A DNA stretch of 64,000 nt. Origin: Syntrophorhabdaceae bacterium. GTDB lineage: Bacteria > Desulfobacterota > Syntrophorhabdia > Syntrophorhabdales > Syntrophorhabdaceae. The notes under the pieces were generated by a model. That model was not told the DNA's origin. It made no database searches and saw only the letters and a program-made list of their open reading frames with translations. The stretch covers positions 448,001-512,000 of the forward strand of contig CAXXUO010000002.1 of the NCBI GenBank assembly GCA_963666485.2, read 5' to 3'. This document shows positions 29,345-39,439 of the stretch, piece after piece (positions within the stretch are counted from its first letter, which is position 1; each line of letters begins with the position of its first letter). Both the position numbers and the translations under genes were made by a program.

Positions 29345-30741
29345 ATCCTGCCTCCATGTATATCGACGATATGCTTCGCAAGGGCAAGGCCAAGGCCCGT
29401 GCCCTTAGTCCCGGCCCGTGCGGCCGCGTCGCCCTGCCGGTATTTATCGAATATTGCCGCCCGGTCCTCCGGGGATATCCCCGGTCCGGCATCGGTCACG
29501 GCAAATTCAAGCCCCCCGTGTGCAGACCTCAAGGACACGGCGACCCTTGAGCCGTCCGGTGAATATTTTACAGCATTTCCCAAAATATTCCGAATTACCT
29601 GGAGCATCTTTTCGGGATCGATCCTGACGGGCGGTATATCACCGGAATAATCGAATTGAAAAAAAATATCCCGGGATGCATAGAGCGGTTCGATCTCCGC
29701 GACGGCCTTTTTCAATAAGGGCTTTATATCGTGCAACGCCATATCGAAATCCCCGACGCCAGCCTCTATTTTGGACAGATCGAGAAGCGTATTGACCTGT
29801 TGAATAAGCCGGTTGCATTCCTCGGCCATGATGGCCAATATTTTTTGTATATCGTCCGCCGAGCGGTCCGGATGCTTCTGCAGGAGCGTTATCCCTGCCT
29901 TCATAGATGCAAGCGGGGTACGCAGTTCGTGGGTCATAAGGGCGAAAAAATCGGATTTGATCTTCTCTGTCTCAGCCAATTGCTCACTCATTACATTCAG
30001 GGCGTGTGCCAGTTCCCCGATCTCGGGTGGAGATGATATCGCGAGCGGGTCTTCGAATTTCCCCCGTGCTATCTGCCGCGTCTTCCTCTTGATGATCGAC
30101 AAAGGCTTCGTGATGCTCCGCGTAACGCTCCAGGCAATAAGGACACCAAGAAGCAGGGAACACAGGGCCATGGTCATTGCGGTCCTGAGCGCCCGCTTCC
30201 CTGATCTGCCCAATGTCTCGATCCCTGCCTTGGTGCTGGCGGCCGTGGCGAGCTCCAGTGCTTTTATCTCTTTTATGATCGCATCAATATTTGACCCTTT
30301 CTCCGCCTTATACGTGCCGGCCCGGTAGGGTTTGCCCGAACTGATATATCTTTCTTCCTCCTTTACCAGCGCTGTATAGCGGGTATGGATATTATCTATA
30401 CCTTCCAGTAGTTCCCTGCTGCCCAGAGAATCAGAGACCGCCCGGGCCTCTGCAAGAGAACTGGCAAAGTCTTTCCCGGCATGCACGAAATGATCATACA
30501 GCGCCCTCTCCTTCGAAATGATATATTTCTTTTCGAATGTTATCTCGGAAAGCAATGCATCGCTCAGCCGGTCCTTGCACGCGAGCATCTTGTCCCCCGC
30601 TTCAAGCATGCGAATACCGGCCCTGTTGAAATGGTCTAATTTTACAATGGAATAAAAGGTTACCGATGTCGTTACGATAAAGAGTGCACTGAACCCGACG
30701 ATCAATCGGCCTGGTACGTTCAATTTAGCAAAACTGCCCAT
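29287..30741 (-). CDS. HAMP-domain sensor histidine kinase (GlrK/QseE-like)
   Basis: 2 TM, HAMP, THELRTPL H-box, NAVKYS, DAGPGI, GTGLGL. Confidence 0.92.
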   Translation of the reverse strand: MGSFAKLNVPGRLIVGFSALFIVTTSVTFYSIVKLDHFNRAGIRMLEAGDKMLACKDRLSDALLSEITFEKKYIISKERALYDHFVHAGKDFASSLAEARAVSDSLGSRELLEGIDNIHTRYTALVKEEERYISSGKPYRAGTYKAEKGSNIDAIIKEIKALELATAASTKAGIETLGRSGKRALRTAMTMALCSLLLGVLIAWSVTRSITKPLSIIKRKTRQIARGKFEDPLAISSPPEIGELAHALNVMSEQLAETEKIKSDFFALMTHELRTPLASMKAGITLLQKHPDRSADDIQKILAIMAEECNRLIQQVNTLLDLSKIEAGVGDFDMALHDIKPLLKKAVAEIEPLYASRDIFFQFDYSGDIPPVRIDPEKMLQVIRNILGNAVKYSPDGSRVAVSLRSAHGGLEFAVTDAGPGISPEDRAAIFDKYRQGDAAARAGTKGTGLGLALAKHIVDIHGGRIWVESEPGKGSTFTVFLRH

Positions 30742-30802
30742 TTATACTGCTCTTTACTGCAAAACAAAGATATAATGACCCCCCCGGGGGGGGCAGGGTG
30801 GA

Positions 30803-31312
30803 TCATTTAAACTTCGATATCCGGTAGTCCGTATAATCCTGTTCAGTTTTCCAAACATCCGCAACATTCTTCGGCACATTGCCTTTATAATGTTTTTCAA
30901 GGTCGGCCCACAATTTATCTGCATCTTTCTGAAGGCTCTTTATTTTTTCTTCCAGCATATTCTTCCTGCCTTGGGCCGACTGTTCCTGCTCTTTTTTTTC
31001 ACGGTTCACTTTCTCTTCATTGAGGACGTCGCGAAAGTCAATTCCTCTCGTACTTCTGTCAGGGTTTTCAATCCTGTAGATTTCCTGGTGCGCGGCAACC
31101 ATCTCGGAATTTATACTCCGGAATTTCTTGAGAGACTGGGTCGTTACGTCATCAAGCGCACTTGCCGATTTTTTTGCGGCCACATTCCCGTCGGTGGCGG
31201 GAGCTCCTTTCACATCCGCGGATTTCCCCGTATCGGCGTCCCACGGAAATACACAGGGCGTATATCCTATCACCAGACCAAAGATCAACAGAGTGGACCA
31301 TGCAATCTTCAT
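30803..31312 (-). CDS. Exported coiled-coil hypothetical protein
   Basis: RBS GGGAG, signal peptide MKIAWSTLLIFGLVIG. Confidence 0.65.
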   Translation of the reverse strand: MKIAWSTLLIFGLVIGYTPCVFPWDADTGKSADVKGAPATDGNVAAKKSASALDDVTTQSLKKFRSINSEMVAAHQEIYRIENPDRSTRGIDFRDVLNEEKVNREKKEQEQSAQGRKNMLEEKIKSLQKDADKLWADLEKHYKGNVPKNVADVWKTEQDYTDYRISKFK

Positions 31313-31394
31313 TCTTTTCTCCCGGAGATTAAAAATAACCACGTCAATCGTCAGTATTAGACATATCACTCCACGGAAGATTTGTAAATCCAAT

Positions 31395-32321
31395 TTATTT
31401 GATCGACTGAAGATAGATCCGGAGATTCACTTTCTTATGCTTTATCTTAAGCTTTGCGCGTATGTTGTTGCGATAACTGTTGACAGCACTTGATGCCACG
31501 CCCAGCATATCGGCGATCTCTTTCGTGTTTTTGCCGTCTTTTATGAGGCTCACAACCTCCACCTCGCGGGGGGTAAGATTGAACTGGCCGACATTCTTTA
31601 TCAGGGGAGACATGATGTCATTGGTATTGTTCTCAATCATTTCAAGGAAATAATATATCTCCGGGTCGGGACGGCTCTTTTTCATCTTTTCGATATACGG
31701 AAAGATCCGGCTTTTAAGATTTGCAATGAATACCTGCTCGAGGGCCTTCTTTTCCTCTTCCACTTTTCTTAGCAGTACCCTAAGGGCTATGTTGGCCTCT
31801 TCAAGGGCGGAGGTCTTCTGATCGAGTTCACGGGTACGGTCCCGGACCAGTTCTTCGAGGCCGTTATGATGTTTCTTTAATTCCTGTTCACTTCTCAGCA
31901 ATCTCTCGGTTAATTTTTCACGACGGGAAATGTCGAGGACATAACCAAGGTAGTGGCTTGTATTGCCCCCTTCATCCCGCATAATGGTTGTCCTGTCCTC
32001 GAGCCACACCGGGGAACCGTCTTTCCGGACGATCCTGTATGGTTTGTGGATAAACCTGTATGCACCCTTTTTGGTTGCGGTTGCGACTTCCCGCTCGACA
32101 CGACGCCTGTCCTCCGGGTGAAGGATATCCGCGTAAAGAACGGCGCCCGATAAGAAATCTTCCGGTGAAAATCCAAAGACTTCCTCTACGTTTGGCGAGA
32201 CATATTCAACAGGCCAGCCCGGTCCGTTGAACCATTTAAAAACAACGACCGGGCCCGAAAGAAAGATATGCCATATTTTCTGTTCGAAATTTTCAGTCTT
32301 TACACGGGCGGAACGCCTCAT
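31395..32321 (-). CDS. PAS + LuxR-HTH transcriptional regulator
   Basis: PAS/PAC, LEEANIALRVLL coil, LTPREVEV...KNTKEIA...RNNIRAKL. Confidence 0.9.
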   Translation of the reverse strand: MRRSARVKTENFEQKIWHIFLSGPVVVFKWFNGPGWPVEYVSPNVEEVFGFSPEDFLSGAVLYADILHPEDRRRVEREVATATKKGAYRFIHKPYRIVRKDGSPVWLEDRTTIMRDEGGNTSHYLGYVLDISRREKLTERLLRSEQELKKHHNGLEELVRDRTRELDQKTSALEEANIALRVLLRKVEEEKKALEQVFIANLKSRIFPYIEKMKKSRPDPEIYYFLEMIENNTNDIMSPLIKNVGQFNLTPREVEVVSLIKDGKNTKEIADMLGVASSAVNSYRNNIRAKLKIKHKKVNLRIYLQSIK

Positions 32322-32430
32322 GATCTCCCCCTGACGGACACCTAATAAAACATTATCTGAATAGTACAGGATTATGCAACCAAAATAAGATTCGGGATAT
32401 CGATGCCGGCATGGTCGATATAGAATTTAA

Positions 32431-32507
<77 letters not shown>

Positions 32508-32624
32508 TTGAGAAGGGTTACATTATACCATAGAAAGCAACCAGGCCAAGAATTTTTGCGAAAAAACCGTGCACGCCGCGCTTCCTTTTGGGCCCTGCAC
32601 GTGATATCCTTGAAAAACCACATC

Positions 32625-34589
32625 ATGAAAATAAAACGACGGCATGGCACGTATTTTATCGGAATCGGCGTCACCATTATATTCATCGTGCTTGCCCTTA
32701 TAAGATTCCTGCCATTTGAGCGCCTCGAATTGCTTCTTTACGATGTGCGCTACCAGCTTCGGGGTAAATCCCCGGCGCCCGCAGAAATTGTCATTGTCGG
32801 GATCGATGACCGGAGCCTGCAAGCTATAGGAAGATGGCCCTGGGACCGGGACAAGATGGCCGATCTCGTAACCCGGGTAAATTCGCTGGGGGCGCGGGTC
32901 ATCATGCTCGATCTCATTTTCAGCGAACCATCCCCCCATGATGCCAACCTGGCAAAGGCCGTTAAACAGAAAGGAAACGTCGTCCTGCCTTTCGTTTTCG
33001 ATTTCGAGGGAAATCCGTCTTCGCGCATGGACGATGCCTTTCTCGACAATGCCTTCCTTGTGGTCAAGAATGAGAACCTTTTCAACATACACAGGCCTAT
33101 AAAAGCCAAAGGCGTCCTTCTGCCGATTCCCGCATTTGGGCAAGGCGCCGGGGCAATGGGATACATCAATATGCTCCCCGATGCGGATGGGAAGCTTCGG
33201 TGGGAACCTCTCGCCATAGAATACGAAGGCCAGCTTTATCCCTCCATGGATCTGCAGGTCGCCCGGATGTATAAAGGGATCTCCCCGGCAGAAATGAGCA
33301 TTAACGCCACCGATTCGGTCACTTTAGGAAAGTCCGTTCTGAAGACCGACCCGTTCGGAAAGATGCTTATTCCCTATTACGGTCCTCACGATACATTTCC
33401 CATCATCTCCGCCCTCGACATATTTGAAGGAAAAGTCGATCCCGGATCGATCCGTGACAAGATCGTACTCATCGGCCCGACGGCGGTCGGGATACACGAC
33501 AAGATCGTGAGCCCCTCTTCGGCCCTCATGTACGGCGTGGAAAAACATGCACACATGATCGGCGCTATCCTGCACGGGCAAAATATCCGGTTCGTCGGCC
33601 GGCTGATGAATATCATGGTCATCCTTCTTGTCGGAATTATCTTCACGTTGTTCATGGTTAACCTGCGGGCCGTCACGGGCGCCGCCATGGCGGCTGTCTT
33701 CATAATCGTTCTTTTTACCACCGGGTATATCCTGTTCTTCATATCGCGGCTCTGGATAGATATCAGCTATGCGGGCAATGCGGTCATTCTCATATATTTC
33801 GTGGCGACTGCCTACCGGTACGCAACGGAAGAGCGCTACGCCCGGCAGATACGGAGCATGTTCTCGAGTTATGTCACGGAAAAGATAGTCAACGAACTCA
33901 TCAAGAACCCGGACCTCGCCAAGCTCGGTGGTGAAAAACGGGAAGTGACGGTGCTCTTTTCCGACGTCAAGGGGTTTACAAACTTCTCGGAGCATCATTC
34001 CCCGGAACAGGTCGTCGCCATCCTCAATGAATACCTGACGGAAATGACGAACATCATCATCCGCTGGGACGGCACGCTCGATAAATTCGTCGGGGACATG
34101 ATCGTTGCCTTCTGGGGCGCACCCCTTAACCAGCCTGACCATGCCGAACTGGCTATAAAATGTACCTTGCATATGAAACAGCGGCTTGCCCAATTGCGGG
34201 AGAACTGGATGAAGCAGGGGCGAGTCCCTCTCGATGCAGGCTTCGGGATCAATACCGGCGAGGTACTCGTGGGAAACATCGGTGCCGAAGGAAAAAAAAT
34301 GGACTACACTGTCATCGGGGACAACGTGAACCTCGGTTCACGCGTGGAAGGATTGACCCGTAAATACGGCTGCGACCTGATTATCACGGAGGGTACGCTC
34401 AACAAGATCCGGACGCAGCTCGAAGAAAACAAATTTGGCCACATGCTTGTGCGCGGCCTCGATATTGTCGCGGTGAAGGGGAAAGCGGAACCGGTCCGCA
34501 TCTACGAGGTGTCCTCCCTGGACGAGGGGAGCAGCTGCCAGATAATAGAATGTGAAGAGAAAGAGGCCACAGTCTTTAAAGAAAAATAG
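32625..34589 (+). CDS. CHASE2-domain adenylate/guanylate cyclase
   Basis: IVIVGIDD..L..IGRWPWDR, DADG, KIVLIG, GVEKHA, 3 TM, FSDVKGFT, DKFVGD, GDNVNLGSRVE. Confidence 0.93.
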   Translation: MKIKRRHGTYFIGIGVTIIFIVLALIRFLPFERLELLLYDVRYQLRGKSPAPAEIVIVGIDDRSLQAIGRWPWDRDKMADLVTRVNSLGARVIMLDLIFSEPSPHDANLAKAVKQKGNVVLPFVFDFEGNPSSRMDDAFLDNAFLVVKNENLFNIHRPIKAKGVLLPIPAFGQGAGAMGYINMLPDADGKLRWEPLAIEYEGQLYPSMDLQVARMYKGISPAEMSINATDSVTLGKSVLKTDPFGKMLIPYYGPHDTFPIISALDIFEGKVDPGSIRDKIVLIGPTAVGIHDKIVSPSSALMYGVEKHAHMIGAILHGQNIRFVGRLMNIMVILLVGIIFTLFMVNLRAVTGAAMAAVFIIVLFTTGYILFFISRLWIDISYAGNAVILIYFVATAYRYATEERYARQIRSMFSSYVTEKIVNELIKNPDLAKLGGEKREVTVLFSDVKGFTNFSEHHSPEQVVAILNEYLTEMTNIIIRWDGTLDKFVGDMIVAFWGAPLNQPDHAELAIKCTLHMKQRLAQLRENWMKQGRVPLDAGFGINTGEVLVGNIGAEGKKMDYTVIGDNVNLGSRVEGLTRKYGCDLIITEGTLNKIRTQLEENKFGHMLVRGLDIVAVKGKAEPVRIYEVSSLDEGSSCQIIECEEKEATVFKEK

Positions 34590-34612
34590 ATCCCCGAAAA
34601 TCTACCTGTATT

Positions 34613-36238
34613 TCAGAACCGGGTCCCGGGTGCATACGCCTTGCCGGACGCTGTGCCATTAAGGGTGGAACCTGATGTGTATGTACCGTTGGCTTTACCG
34701 TCAAAAGCAGTTTGCAGCTGATTATATGGCGGAGACCCCATTTTTCCGGCGGGTACGTTGCCGTTCAACACTGTGCCGGTCCATTGCACACCATTACAAG
34801 AATCGAACCTGAAGGTGGCGGTCGACCCTACAGGAGAAGAAGATGTCATCGCATACGTGCTCCCGGCTGCGGATGACGGGACTATCCCGCCAACCCGCGC
34901 AGTCCAGGAATAAGGGGCCGCGCCGGCACCGGTCCCCCAGAATCTGATCTGACTGAGGGTTAAGCTGTACGGACTCCCCATCCAGTAGATGCTCGATATG
35001 GCGCCTACCTGGATCGTTTGCGTCACGACCGGGTCCTGTGTGAGGGTGCTCGGCACGACGCCTGATGCAGTTCCGTTGATACTCCCTGTTCCTGCGACAA
35101 CACCGCCGAACGTGCCCGAAGCCGTCCCGCTGAATGAAAAAGCCTGTTTGTAACCTCCAACGCCTGTAGGAGCCGAACCGTTGGAAATGGTCGCGTTCCA
35201 TGTACCGCTATATTCACCGGTGTCGGAGCCGCCATTAACATTGACAAAAGCCGACGTGCCGTTTCCGCTCGCAATGAAAGCGAATCCATTACGCGTTCCG
35301 CCGTGGAAATTCCAGTAATTGCCCGTGACGGAATCCGCCTGCCAGATCGTCGGCTGACCGGTCATGCTGGGACCGTAGAATTTGACATTGTTAATGGATA
35401 CTGTGATACCCGTTTCAGAATTCCCGATCCCGCCCGTCATATACGGGACACTCCCCACGAAGACGTTCGGAATCGTCGTCAATATCGTCGGGGGAGGCGT
35501 GGTGGTGAATGTCTCGCTTATGGGATTCGCCATGGCCGTCTGGACCACGATATTGTTCGGCCCTGCGACGCTCGTACCCGGGCCGGTGCCGGGTGCAGGA
35601 CCACCTGACCCTCCGACGTACGATACATTGCCGGGGACGGGGCGCGAGGGCATACCGCCAAAACCGACAACGAAGGAGACGAAACCGGCGCTGACATTCT
35701 GTACGATCCCCGGCTGGTTCGGGTTATAGAAGTAACCACGTCCTGTCGAGAAGAAAAGGCCTGTTATCATCTGGGCAAAGCCCACGGTCATCCCGGAGCC
35801 GCGGATGCCGGCGACGGCATTGGGTGTATGGACCTCGAACTTGTTCCCTTCCGCGAAGGACGATACCTTTTTGACGAATTCCTGGCTCGATACTGCCTCG
35901 ACCTTGCCCCGGTCCATCTTCATGACCTGGTTGCTCCGGGTCCCGTCATCGGAATACTGACTTATCTGGATGCGGGTTGCCGGGTGTATCCTGAGGATGT
36001 TCTTGTTGAAGAACGTTATTTCAGCCCGTGAGTTCGTCTTGGCACGGAAGATGTCCCCGACGTCGACGTTGTCCCCGGGGGACACGTTGCCGACCGTGCT
36101 CTGCCCGGCTTTCAGGACATCGACCCTGCCTTCGAGCTTCGTGATCTTTCCGACGGGGGCGGCATTAACGAGGATAGGCAGGAGGAATAGAAGAAAGGCC
36201 AGAAATAAAATTGCTCTTACATTTAATGTTTGCAACAT
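34613..36238 (-). CDS. FecR-domain exported protein, paralog 1 (two C-terminal beta-rich repeats)
   Basis: Signal peptide, VGKITKLEGRV, FEVHTPNAVAGIRGS, G/P/T linker, two repeats ending GTASG. Confidence 0.88.
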   Translation of the reverse strand: MLQTLNVRAILFLAFLLFLLPILVNAAPVGKITKLEGRVDVLKAGQSTVGNVSPGDNVDVGDIFRAKTNSRAEITFFNKNILRIHPATRIQISQYSDDGTRSNQVMKMDRGKVEAVSSQEFVKKVSSFAEGNKFEVHTPNAVAGIRGSGMTVGFAQMITGLFFSTGRGYFYNPNQPGIVQNVSAGFVSFVVGFGGMPSRPVPGNVSYVGGSGGPAPGTGPGTSVAGPNNIVVQTAMANPISETFTTTPPPTILTTIPNVFVGSVPYMTGGIGNSETGITVSINNVKFYGPSMTGQPTIWQADSVTGNYWNFHGGTRNGFAFIASGNGTSAFVNVNGGSDTGEYSGTWNATISNGSAPTGVGGYKQAFSFSGTASGTFGGVVAGTGSINGTASGVVPSTLTQDPVVTQTIQVGAISSIYWMGSPYSLTLSQIRFWGTGAGAAPYSWTARVGGIVPSSAAGSTYAMTSSSPVGSTATFRFDSCNGVQWTGTVLNGNVPAGKMGSPPYNQLQTAFDGKANGTYTSGSTLNGTASGKAYAPGTRF

Positions 36239-39200
36239 TTTTCAGCCTCCTCATACAGACTTTTCTTCGCCAAAAATACGGCCCATGTCACGAACCAACG
36301 ACTTTATTGTCCTTATATATTTTTATCGTAACACGATTTATCGTTTTTGTTAAGGGTATGCTTTTCCCGAGGCTGTACCCGTACTAATACTGCGGCTGCC
36401 GCTTACCGTATACGTACCCGAGGCCTGTCCGTCGAACCTCGTCGCTGTCTGGTTATAAGGAAGAGCCCCCATTCCGCCGGCGGGCACATATCCATTCGTC
36501 ACTGAATTGGTCCACGATCCGGTGGTGGGTGTTATGGCAGTTGAGGAAGTCATCGTAAGAGTAGCGGTTGTCCTTGGACTCCCGCCTGACACGGGTGCAG
36601 GTACATGGGGACTTCCGGTAGCCCTATCCCCATAAATCAGCGCGGACCATGCATAGGGTAATCCATTCACGCTCGATCCCCAGAATTTTATATCGTACAT
36701 CTTGACATAGTTATAATACGGTGAACCGCCTGTTACACTGATTTGCGATACATAGCCCACCAAGACATTCGGCGTCGCGGGGGGCGGTGTGGTGGTTAAT
36801 GTCTGGTTTATGGGATTTGCTATGGCCGTCTGGACGACGATATTATTCGGCCCGGCTACGGTCATTGTGCCAGTACCGGTGCCGGGTGCAGGGCCTCCTC
36901 CTGGCCCGGCGACATACGACACGTTGCCGGGAACGGGGCGTGATGGCAGTCCGCCTGTACCGATAATAAAGGAGACAAAGCCGGCACTGATATTCTGTAC
37001 GATCCCCGGCTGGTTCGGGTTGTAAAGGTAACCCCGCCCTGTTGAAAAGAAGACGCCTGTCGCCATGTTTGCGAAAGCAACGGTCATGCCGGAACCACGG
37101 ATACCTACCGCTGCATTGGGTGTATGGACCTCGAACTTGTTCCCTTCTGCGAAGGACGATACCTTTTTGACGAATTCCTGGCTCGATACCGCCTCGACCT
37201 TGCCCCGGTCCATCTTCATGACCTGGTCGCTCCGGGTCCCGTCATCGGAATACTGACTTATCTGGATACGGGTTGCCGGGTGTATCCTGAGGATGTTCTT
37301 GTTGAAGAACGTTATTTCAGCCCGTGAGTTCGTCTTGGCACGGAAGATGTCCCCGACGTCGACGTTGTCCCCGGGGGACACGTTGCCGACCGTGCTCTGC
37401 CCGGCTTTCAGGACATCGACCCTGCCTTCGAGCTTCGTGATCTTTCCGACGGGGGCGGCATTAACGAGGATAGGCAGGAGGAATAAAAAAAAGATCAGGA
37501 AGCCAACAAATCTCAAAGTGAACCTTTGCAACATTCTTTCTCCTTATTTTTCCCTGTTCAAAGGACGGTTATTTTTCAGATATTGCCCTGCGGGATGCCT
37601 GTTAGCACATTTTTCTATAAACCGCCGACATGGCTGGACCGCCACAAAAGACTCCCGCGTAGACCTTTTTGCAGCCGCAACGACGAGCAATGTGTGCGAA
37701 GTAGATCGAAGCCGGTTAGTGGGAGCCTCTTTTTCTTAAACTCGTGACCACCGGTTTTTTATAATCAACGACCAGTACCCCCTGAAGCGGTACCCACAAT
37801 TGAGTTGTAACCACCACTCGTCGTATATGTACCCGCCGCCCTTCCATTAAACCTTGTTGCTGCCTGATTATTTGGGGTGGCACCCATTCCACCGGCGGGA
37901 ACTACGCCGTTGTTCACGTACGCCGTCCACGATCCGCCGCTCATCGAATTTAAATTCATCGTCGCGGTCGATGTCGGTGTCCCGCCTGACAGGTTATATG
38001 CTGTCGTGTAGCTTGACGTCGATCTGCTGCCATCCACCTTTCCGGTCCATGCGAAGGGTTGGGCACCGACGCTCGGTCCCCAGAATTTTACCTGGTACAG
38101 GGAGATAAAGTCATAATACGGGGGGCCGGACGAAGCGGACATACTTGCTATGGCGCCCACCTGTACGGCCTGGGTCACTATCGGGTCCTGTGTGAGGGTA
38201 CTCGGCACGACGCCTGATGAGATACCGGACAGCGACCCGGTATTAAGCCAGTTCGCGGCCCATGTCCCCGAGGCGGTCCCGCTGAATGTGAAAGGCTGCC
38301 TGTACTGCCCCACACCCGTCGGCGCGCTGCCGTTGGCGACCGTTGCCGTCCACGTCCCGCTATAATCCGTGTCGCTTCCCGTTGCCCGGACATATGCGGA
38401 CATGCCTCCTCCGGAAACCATAAAACCAAAACCCCCCGGAGTCGGCCCGGGGATATTATAAAATCTTCCCGTGACAGAATCGGCCTGCCATGTTGTCGGC
38501 TGACCGGTCATGCTGGGACCGTAGAATTTGACATTGTTAATGGATATATTCAAGCCGATATCGGCGTTGCCTACACCGCCCGACATATACGGGACACTCC
38601 CCACGAAGACGTTCGGAATCGTCGTCAATATCGTCGGGGGAGGCGTGGTGGTGAATGTCTCGCTTATGGGATTCGCCATGGCCGTCTGGACCACGATATT
38701 GTTCGGCCCTGCGACGCTCGTACCCGGGCCGGTGCCGGGTGCAGGACCACCTGACCCTCCGACGTACGATACATTGCCGGGGACGGGGCGCGAGGGCATA
38801 CCGCCAAAACCGACAACGAAGGAGACGAAACCGGCGCTGACATTCTGTACGATCCCCGGCTGGTTCGGGTTATAGAAGTAACCACGTCCTGTCGAGAAGA
38901 AAAGGCCTGTTATCATCTGGGCAAAGCCCACGGTCATCCCGGAGCCGCGGATGCCGGCGACGGCATTGGGTGTATGGACCTCGAACTTGTTCCCTTCCGC
39001 GAAGGACGATACCTTTTTGACGAATTCCTGGCTCGATACTGCCTCGACCTTGCCCCGGTCCATCTTCATGACCTGGTTGCTCCGGGTCCCGTCATCGGAA
39101 TACTGACTTATCTGGATGCGGGTTGCCGGGTGTATCCTGAGGATGTTCTTGTTGAAGAACGTTATTTCAGCCCGTGAGTTCGTCTTGGCACGGAAGATGT

Positions 39201-39310
39201 CCCCGACGTCGACGTTGTCCCCGGGGGACACGTTGCCGACCGTGCTCTGCCCGGCTTTCAGGACATCGACCCTGCCTTCGAGCTTCGTGATCTTTCCGAC
39301 GGGGGCGGCA
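35438..39310. repeat. 727-bp apparently identical repeat (35438-36164 and 38584-39310), plus a near-identical 373-bp copy (37113-37485 vs 35817-36189)
   Basis: Constant offsets of 3146 and 1296; shadow ORFs in the track are identical at offset 3146. Confidence 0.9.
36350..37534 (-). CDS. FecR-domain exported protein, paralog 2 (one C-terminal repeat)
   Basis: Same FecR N-domain, single C-terminal beta-rich domain. Confidence 0.88.
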   Translation of the reverse strand: MLQRFTLRFVGFLIFFLFLLPILVNAAPVGKITKLEGRVDVLKAGQSTVGNVSPGDNVDVGDIFRAKTNSRAEITFFNKNILRIHPATRIQISQYSDDGTRSDQVMKMDRGKVEAVSSQEFVKKVSSFAEGNKFEVHTPNAAVGIRGSGMTVAFANMATGVFFSTGRGYLYNPNQPGIVQNISAGFVSFIIGTGGLPSRPVPGNVSYVAGPGGGPAPGTGTGTMTVAGPNNIVVQTAIANPINQTLTTTPPPATPNVLVGYVSQISVTGGSPYYNYVKMYDIKFWGSSVNGLPYAWSALIYGDRATGSPHVPAPVSGGSPRTTATLTMTSSTAITPTTGSWTNSVTNGYVPAGGMGALPYNQTATRFDGQASGTYTVSGSRSISTGTASGKAYP

Positions 39311-39381
39311 AAGGCAAGATTTGCGAAAGTAAATAGAATTGCACACACCAGAAAGAGGTACTGCAAAATTATTCTTTTCAT
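37765..39381 (-). CDS. FecR-domain exported protein, paralog 3 (two C-terminal repeats)
   Basis: Same FecR N-domain, different signal peptide and C-terminal repeats. Confidence 0.88.
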   Translation of the reverse strand: MKRIILQYLFLVCAILFTFANLAFAAPVGKITKLEGRVDVLKAGQSTVGNVSPGDNVDVGDIFRAKTNSRAEITFFNKNILRIHPATRIQISQYSDDGTRSNQVMKMDRGKVEAVSSQEFVKKVSSFAEGNKFEVHTPNAVAGIRGSGMTVGFAQMITGLFFSTGRGYFYNPNQPGIVQNVSAGFVSFVVGFGGMPSRPVPGNVSYVGGSGGPAPGTGPGTSVAGPNNIVVQTAMANPISETFTTTPPPTILTTIPNVFVGSVPYMSGGVGNADIGLNISINNVKFYGPSMTGQPTTWQADSVTGRFYNIPGPTPGGFGFMVSGGGMSAYVRATGSDTDYSGTWTATVANGSAPTGVGQYRQPFTFSGTASGTWAANWLNTGSLSGISSGVVPSTLTQDPIVTQAVQVGAIASMSASSGPPYYDFISLYQVKFWGPSVGAQPFAWTGKVDGSRSTSSYTTAYNLSGGTPTSTATMNLNSMSGGSWTAYVNNGVVPAGGMGATPNNQAATRFNGRAAGTYTTSGGYNSIVGTASGGTGR

Positions 39382-39439
39382 CGCATCACCTCAAGACTAT
39401 AAATACGTTATTGCTTCACAAAGCCGCCTGTGCTTCGGT

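Noticed and set aside
34613..39381. Diversity-generating retroelement acting on the FecR C-termini
   Set aside because: No reverse transcriptase or non-coding template repeat; differences include indels and are not adenine-specific.
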